Assembly: GCA_029981435.1 (NCBI GenBank)
Contig: JARRBB010000001.1
Location: 1,691 to 65,690 of the forward strand
DNA from: Thermotogaceae bacterium
Lineage (GTDB): Bacteria; Thermotogota; Thermotogae; B21-G9; HyVt-16
Length of the DNA: 64,000 nt
Reading direction: 5' to 3'
Shown here in pieces: positions 60,690 through 64,000 of this stretch. How positions within the stretch are numbered: position 1 is the first letter of the stretch; each line of letters starts with the position of its first letter. The translations under genes were made by a program, and so were the position numbers. Below the pieces are notes generated by a model. That model did not search any database and was not told where the DNA came from. It worked only from the letters and a program-made list of their open reading frames with translations.

Positions 60690-60690
60690 T

Positions 60691-61794
60691 TTAAATCAAA
60701 GCTTTTCCATCTATTTTTGAAAATACATGTATTTTGCTCAGATCTATGTACATTTTGAGACTCTCTCCTTCATTTATTTTAACATCTCCAGGTAACTTTG
60801 AGACTATTCTTGTTCCTTTGAACTCCAGATGTACTATAGTGTCTGAACCTAATCTTTCGATGAAATAAACTTTTCCTTCAATCGGCTCGAATTTTGAAAT
60901 GTCAGTTTTTTCTTTGTGAATATTTTCCGGTCTTATCCCCAAAATGAAAACATCGTTCTTATTTTGGATTTTGTTCCCCAATTCGGTTTTCAGATCATCC
61001 GTTAATCTTATATTTAGGCTCTCATTCCTCAGAAACAGCTCATTTTTCTCTTTTAAGATTTGCACTTCCATGAAATTCATTTGTGGAGAACCTATGAAAC
61101 CAGCTACAAATACATTTGCTGGCTTGTGATATATTTCTTCTGGTGTTCCATACTGTTGTATAACACCATTTTGCATTACTGCTATTTCATCTCCCATTGT
61201 CATGGCTTCAACCTGATCATGAGTTACATATATTGTTGTCGTGCCAAGTCGCTCCTGTAATTTTTTAAGCTCACTTCTCATCGACACTCTCAAAAGGGCG
61301 TCTAAATTTGATAAAGGTTCATCCATAAGTAGAACCTCTGGTTCCAGAACGATTGCTCTCGCCACCGCAACTCTTTGTCTTTGGCCACCCGAGAGTTGAG
61401 CGGGATATCTGTCTAAGAGTTCTGAAATGTTAAGAGTTTTAGCCGCCCACAGTACCTTTTCTTCTATTTTATTTTTATCATAACCTTTTATCTTCATTGG
61501 ATAAGCGATGTTTTCATAAACCTTCATATGAGGCCATACAGCGTAACTTTGAAATACCATAGAAACATTCCTGCTTTTTGGTGGAAGATTAGTGACATCT
61601 GTAGAATCAAAAAAGATTTTTCCTTCGGTAACTTTCTCAAGTCCTGATATACATCTTAAAAGAGTTGTTTTACCACAACCCGAAGGTCCAAGGAGAACAA
61701 CAAATTTTCCATCTTTTATTTCAATATCTATTCCATTCAAAGCTTTTACACTACCAAAATATTTCTTAAGATTTTCAATCCGTACTTTTGCCAT
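60691..61794 (-). CDS. Sugar ABC transporter ATP-binding protein (MalK/MsmK-like, with TOBE domain)
   Basis: Walker A GPSGCGKTT, signature LSGGQRQR, Walker B LLMDEP. Confidence 0.9.
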   Translation of the reverse strand: MAKVRIENLKKYFGSVKALNGIDIEIKDGKFVVLLGPSGCGKTTLLRCISGLEKVTEGKIFFDSTDVTNLPPKSRNVSMVFQSYAVWPHMKVYENIAYPMKIKGYDKNKIEEKVLWAAKTLNISELLDRYPAQLSGGQRQRVAVARAIVLEPEVLLMDEPLSNLDALLRVSMRSELKKLQERLGTTTIYVTHDQVEAMTMGDEIAVMQNGVIQQYGTPEEIYHKPANVFVAGFIGSPQMNFMEVQILKEKNELFLRNESLNIRLTDDLKTELGNKIQNKNDVFILGIRPENIHKEKTDISKFEPIEGKVYFIERLGSDTIVHLEFKGTRIVSKLPGDVKINEGESLKMYIDLSKIHVFSKIDGKALI

Positions 61795-61806
61795 TTTATC
61801 ACTCTC

Positions 61807-62604
61807 CTATTTCAAAGATATTCCCCACATACTCATCAAGTATTTACGAGTGAAGAATATGAATACCATGGCTGGTATTGCCATAACTGTACCAGCAGCG
61901 AATTTGAAATAATCTGGGGAAGTCATAGCTGTGTTTAAAATTTGTGCAGGTAGAGTTCTGTTGACGAAAGTCAGAACAGAAGATATGAAAACTTCATTCC
62001 AGGACATTATGAATGCGAAAATTGCTGACGCTGCTAATCCAGGCAAAGCAAGAGGCAGGGTAATTTTCATAAAAGCACCTATTCGTGAGAGTCCAAATAT
62101 CATACCCGCTTCTTCGTATTCTACAGATATTCCAGAGAGAATACTTGTTGTTATAAGAACGACAAAGGGTAATATAAAAGACGTATGAGCCAGGGCAACA
62201 CTGAAAAGTGTATCACCTATTCCCAATCTCAGGTATATCATTATCAAAGGCACTGCTATTATCAAAGTAGGGAAAGAACGTGTTAAAAGTATACTCAACC
62301 TTATAGCGTTTTTTCCAGGAAACACGTATCTTGTCAAAACATAACCAGCTGGAAGACCTACCAGAAAACTCAGTCCTATAGCCATTGCAGCAACCTGTAA
62401 GCTATTAAGAGTAGCTCTCCAACCGTCTAATACAACAAAAAGTTTGTAAAGATGATCAAAAGTCAATCTCTTTGGAAGTATTCTTTGTTGATCGTAGTAG
62501 TCTTCTGATGGTGTTAAAGAAGCCAGAACTATTAAAAAGACAGGGGTTAAAAACCATAGAATTATCAAAATAGAAACGAAAATAATGAATATCTTTTTTA
62601 TCAT
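61807..62604 (-). CDS. Carbohydrate ABC transporter permease (MalG-like)
   Basis: Six transmembrane segments with a type-I permease EAA-like loop. Confidence 0.8.
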   Translation of the reverse strand: MIKKIFIIFVSILIILWFLTPVFLIVLASLTPSEDYYDQQRILPKRLTFDHLYKLFVVLDGWRATLNSLQVAAMAIGLSFLVGLPAGYVLTRYVFPGKNAIRLSILLTRSFPTLIIAVPLIMIYLRLGIGDTLFSVALAHTSFILPFVVLITTSILSGISVEYEEAGMIFGLSRIGAFMKITLPLALPGLAASAIFAFIMSWNEVFISSVLTFVNRTLPAQILNTAMTSPDYFKFAAGTVMAIPAMVFIFFTRKYLMSMWGISLK

Positions 62605-63467
62605 TTTGTTTCACCTTCCAGTTCTCTGGACCTCAGAATGGAAATATAAAACCAGCTTATAATTAGAGAAACAACTGCGATAACTATTGCATAAGTACTC
62701 GACATATGAGGATCATTGACATTGTTATGCCAGTAATAAGCTTCCCCAGCCAGTATCAGTATATCTCTTCCAGCGAGTAACCAAACCACTCCGAATATCT
62801 GGAAAGCAAACAAAGTTCTAATAAGCAGCGCTGACATTATTGATGGTTTTAACAAAGGTAAAATTATTCTGGTCAGTTTCTGCCAGCTTGAAAAACCAAA
62901 GACATCCGCGGCTTCGAGATATTCTTTATTTATAGATTGAAGTCCTGCTAATATGATAACAAAAACAAGAGGTGTAGCCCTCCAGACTTCTGTGAGAACA
63001 ATAATCCAGAATTCTCTGTTTTGAAACATATAACCAAAAAAATAGAGAGGTCTATCCAGCAATCCAAGTTTCAAAAGTATTTTGTTCAAATATCCCGTTG
63101 GAGCAAATATGTTGTAACTCATCAAAGCTGCTGAAACGTCACTGAGTGCAAGGGGAATTGAAATCACATATAATATCATTGAGTAACCTTTGAATCTCAT
63201 ATTGACAAAAAGCGCTAAAGCAATCGCGAGAATCAGTTGAAGAGGAACGATTATACCGGTTATGAGCAAAGTGTTTTTCAAAGCCTTCCAGAAGTCGCCA
63301 CTATCCATAAGGCGCTGAAAATTTCCAAAAGCTCCTGTTTCGCTTGTAAAAGCAAGTATAAAGGTTTGAATCAAAGGATATCCCAGAAAAGCAACCAGAT
63401 ATAAAATCGTTGGTAAGAGAATCAGATATGGAATAGCATCTTTTCTATAAGTCAAAATCCTCACCAA
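62601..63467 (-). CDS. Carbohydrate ABC transporter permease (MalF-like)
   Basis: Polytopic membrane protein overlapping the downstream permease by 4 nt. Confidence 0.8.
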   Translation of the reverse strand: MVRILTYRKDAIPYLILLPTILYLVAFLGYPLIQTFILAFTSETGAFGNFQRLMDSGDFWKALKNTLLITGIIVPLQLILAIALALFVNMRFKGYSMILYVISIPLALSDVSAALMSYNIFAPTGYLNKILLKLGLLDRPLYFFGYMFQNREFWIIVLTEVWRATPLVFVIILAGLQSINKEYLEAADVFGFSSWQKLTRIILPLLKPSIMSALLIRTLFAFQIFGVVWLLAGRDILILAGEAYYWHNNVNDPHMSSTYAIVIAVVSLIISWFYISILRSRELEGETK

Positions 63468-63482
63468 CCTTGATTTTATGAT

Positions 63483-63506
63483 ATCCAGGGGCTTAAGCCC
63501 CTGGAT
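63483..63506 (-). other. Intercistronic 10-bp perfect stem-loop between the binding-protein and permease genes
   Basis: AUCCAGGGGC-UUAA-GCCCCUGGAU with no U-tract on either strand. The position is typical of mRNA-stabilising or partial-terminator hairpins after binding-protein genes. Confidence 0.5.
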
Positions 63507-63523
63507 TGAAGTTTAAAGTGGAA

Positions 63524-64000
63524 TTAGAACAGAGAAATATCTGGTTCAGGAAGTGGAGCGCCGGTTTCGTTGAAAATCTTCCTGATTCTTTCTCCGAGCT
63601 CCTTGATAACTTTAGCAGGATCTTCGTTTTCCAGTACAATCCTTCTAAAGGCCATTCTGTATGTTTCCGTGAATTCTCCACCTTTTGCACCAAGCCCTGG
63701 TATGAACGCGACTATAGAATCAGGTGCGCTTGCTTGATTAACCACACCCTGGGCGAGTATTTTAAGTGCACCTTCAGGTATTATCCCGGAGGCTTCCTTC
63801 ACAACCGGGAAAAAGCCAACATTATTTAGTATTTTAACTTGAACTTCAGGACTTGTAAGGTAATCAATTAACTTTACAGCTTCTTCTACATTTGGAGCGT
63901 TCTTTGGAATACTCAATCCGACCAGAACAATTATATAGCCTCTTCCCATAGGACCTGCTGGTGATGGAACGACAACGAAATCATTTGGTTTTTCAATTAT
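63524..64000 (-). CDS. Extracellular solute-binding protein of the sugar ABC transporter (C-terminal part; N-terminus beyond the window edge)
   Basis: C-terminal SBP-family sequence (…AFIPGLGAKGGEFTETYRMAF…). The reading frame continues to the window end. Confidence 0.65.
   Translation of the reverse strand: MIEKPNDFVVVPSPAGPMGRGYIIVLVGLSIPKNAPNVEEAVKLIDYLTSPEVQVKILNNVGFFPVVKEASGIIPEGALKILAQGVVNQASAPDSIVAFIPGLGAKGGEFTETYRMAFRRIVLENEDPAKVIKELGERIRKIFNETGAPLPEPDISLF

Overview
Dense, AT-rich (about one-third GC) bacterial chromosomal window with Thermotogota-like gene content and syntenies (FolE2, class 1B PyrD/PyrK, long-form RmlA, lysine-racemase-like enzyme, frequent TTG/GTG starts with GGAGG-type RBS). 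I call about 62 protein genes and 2 tRNAs, and find no CRISPR array, IS/transposon, integrase or large repeat. All conclusions rest on reading the sequence and the supplied ORF track only.

Main blocks, left to right:
- Minus-strand operon DUF47(PhoU-like)-PiT-histidine kinase-HDOD. The PiT transporter is split by a frameshift.
- Housekeeping plus-strand block: SagB-like dehydrogenase, TM1266-like ACT protein, frr-uppS-cdsA, alaS, DUF503, DUF4139, yqeK-like HD protein, LCP.
- Ornithine-decarboxylase-like gene; DUF4432/TPR/folE2.
- pyrC-pyrK-pyrD-pyrF-pyrE operon. It has a consensus sigma-70 promoter and a terminator-like hairpin in its leader, directly downstream of a tRNA-Gln that has its own consensus promoter.
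- A long co-directional array: clpC-radA-disA-cheA-cheW-cheY-fliO-fliP.
- uvrB; a lipoprotein plus a secreted M6 (InhA-like) metalloprotease; rubrerythrin-like plus flavodiiron protein; degV; lysine-racemase-like enzyme; acpS.
- An unusual actin-fold (FtsA/PilM-like) ATPase fused to about five tandem ThiS/MoaD-like beta-grasp repeats; mutS2; wecB/tagA.
- An amidohydrolase homolog lacking its metal ligands; ftsY; DUF2225; rmlA.
- A minus-strand cluster with a large protein carrying an HPr-kinase-like P-loop domain, a cupin, a rhomboid, and a DUF4129/DUF58 pair without a MoxR ATPase. It is bounded by tRNA-Ser.
- A Gfo/Idh/MocA oxidoreductase; an RNase-H-like protein; an RpiR-regulated sugar ABC transporter.

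The most unusual candidates are the actin-ATPase/ThiS-repeat fusion, the HprK-like kinase cluster, the pyr leader hairpin, the frameshifted PiT in a kinase operon, and the degenerate amidohydrolase.
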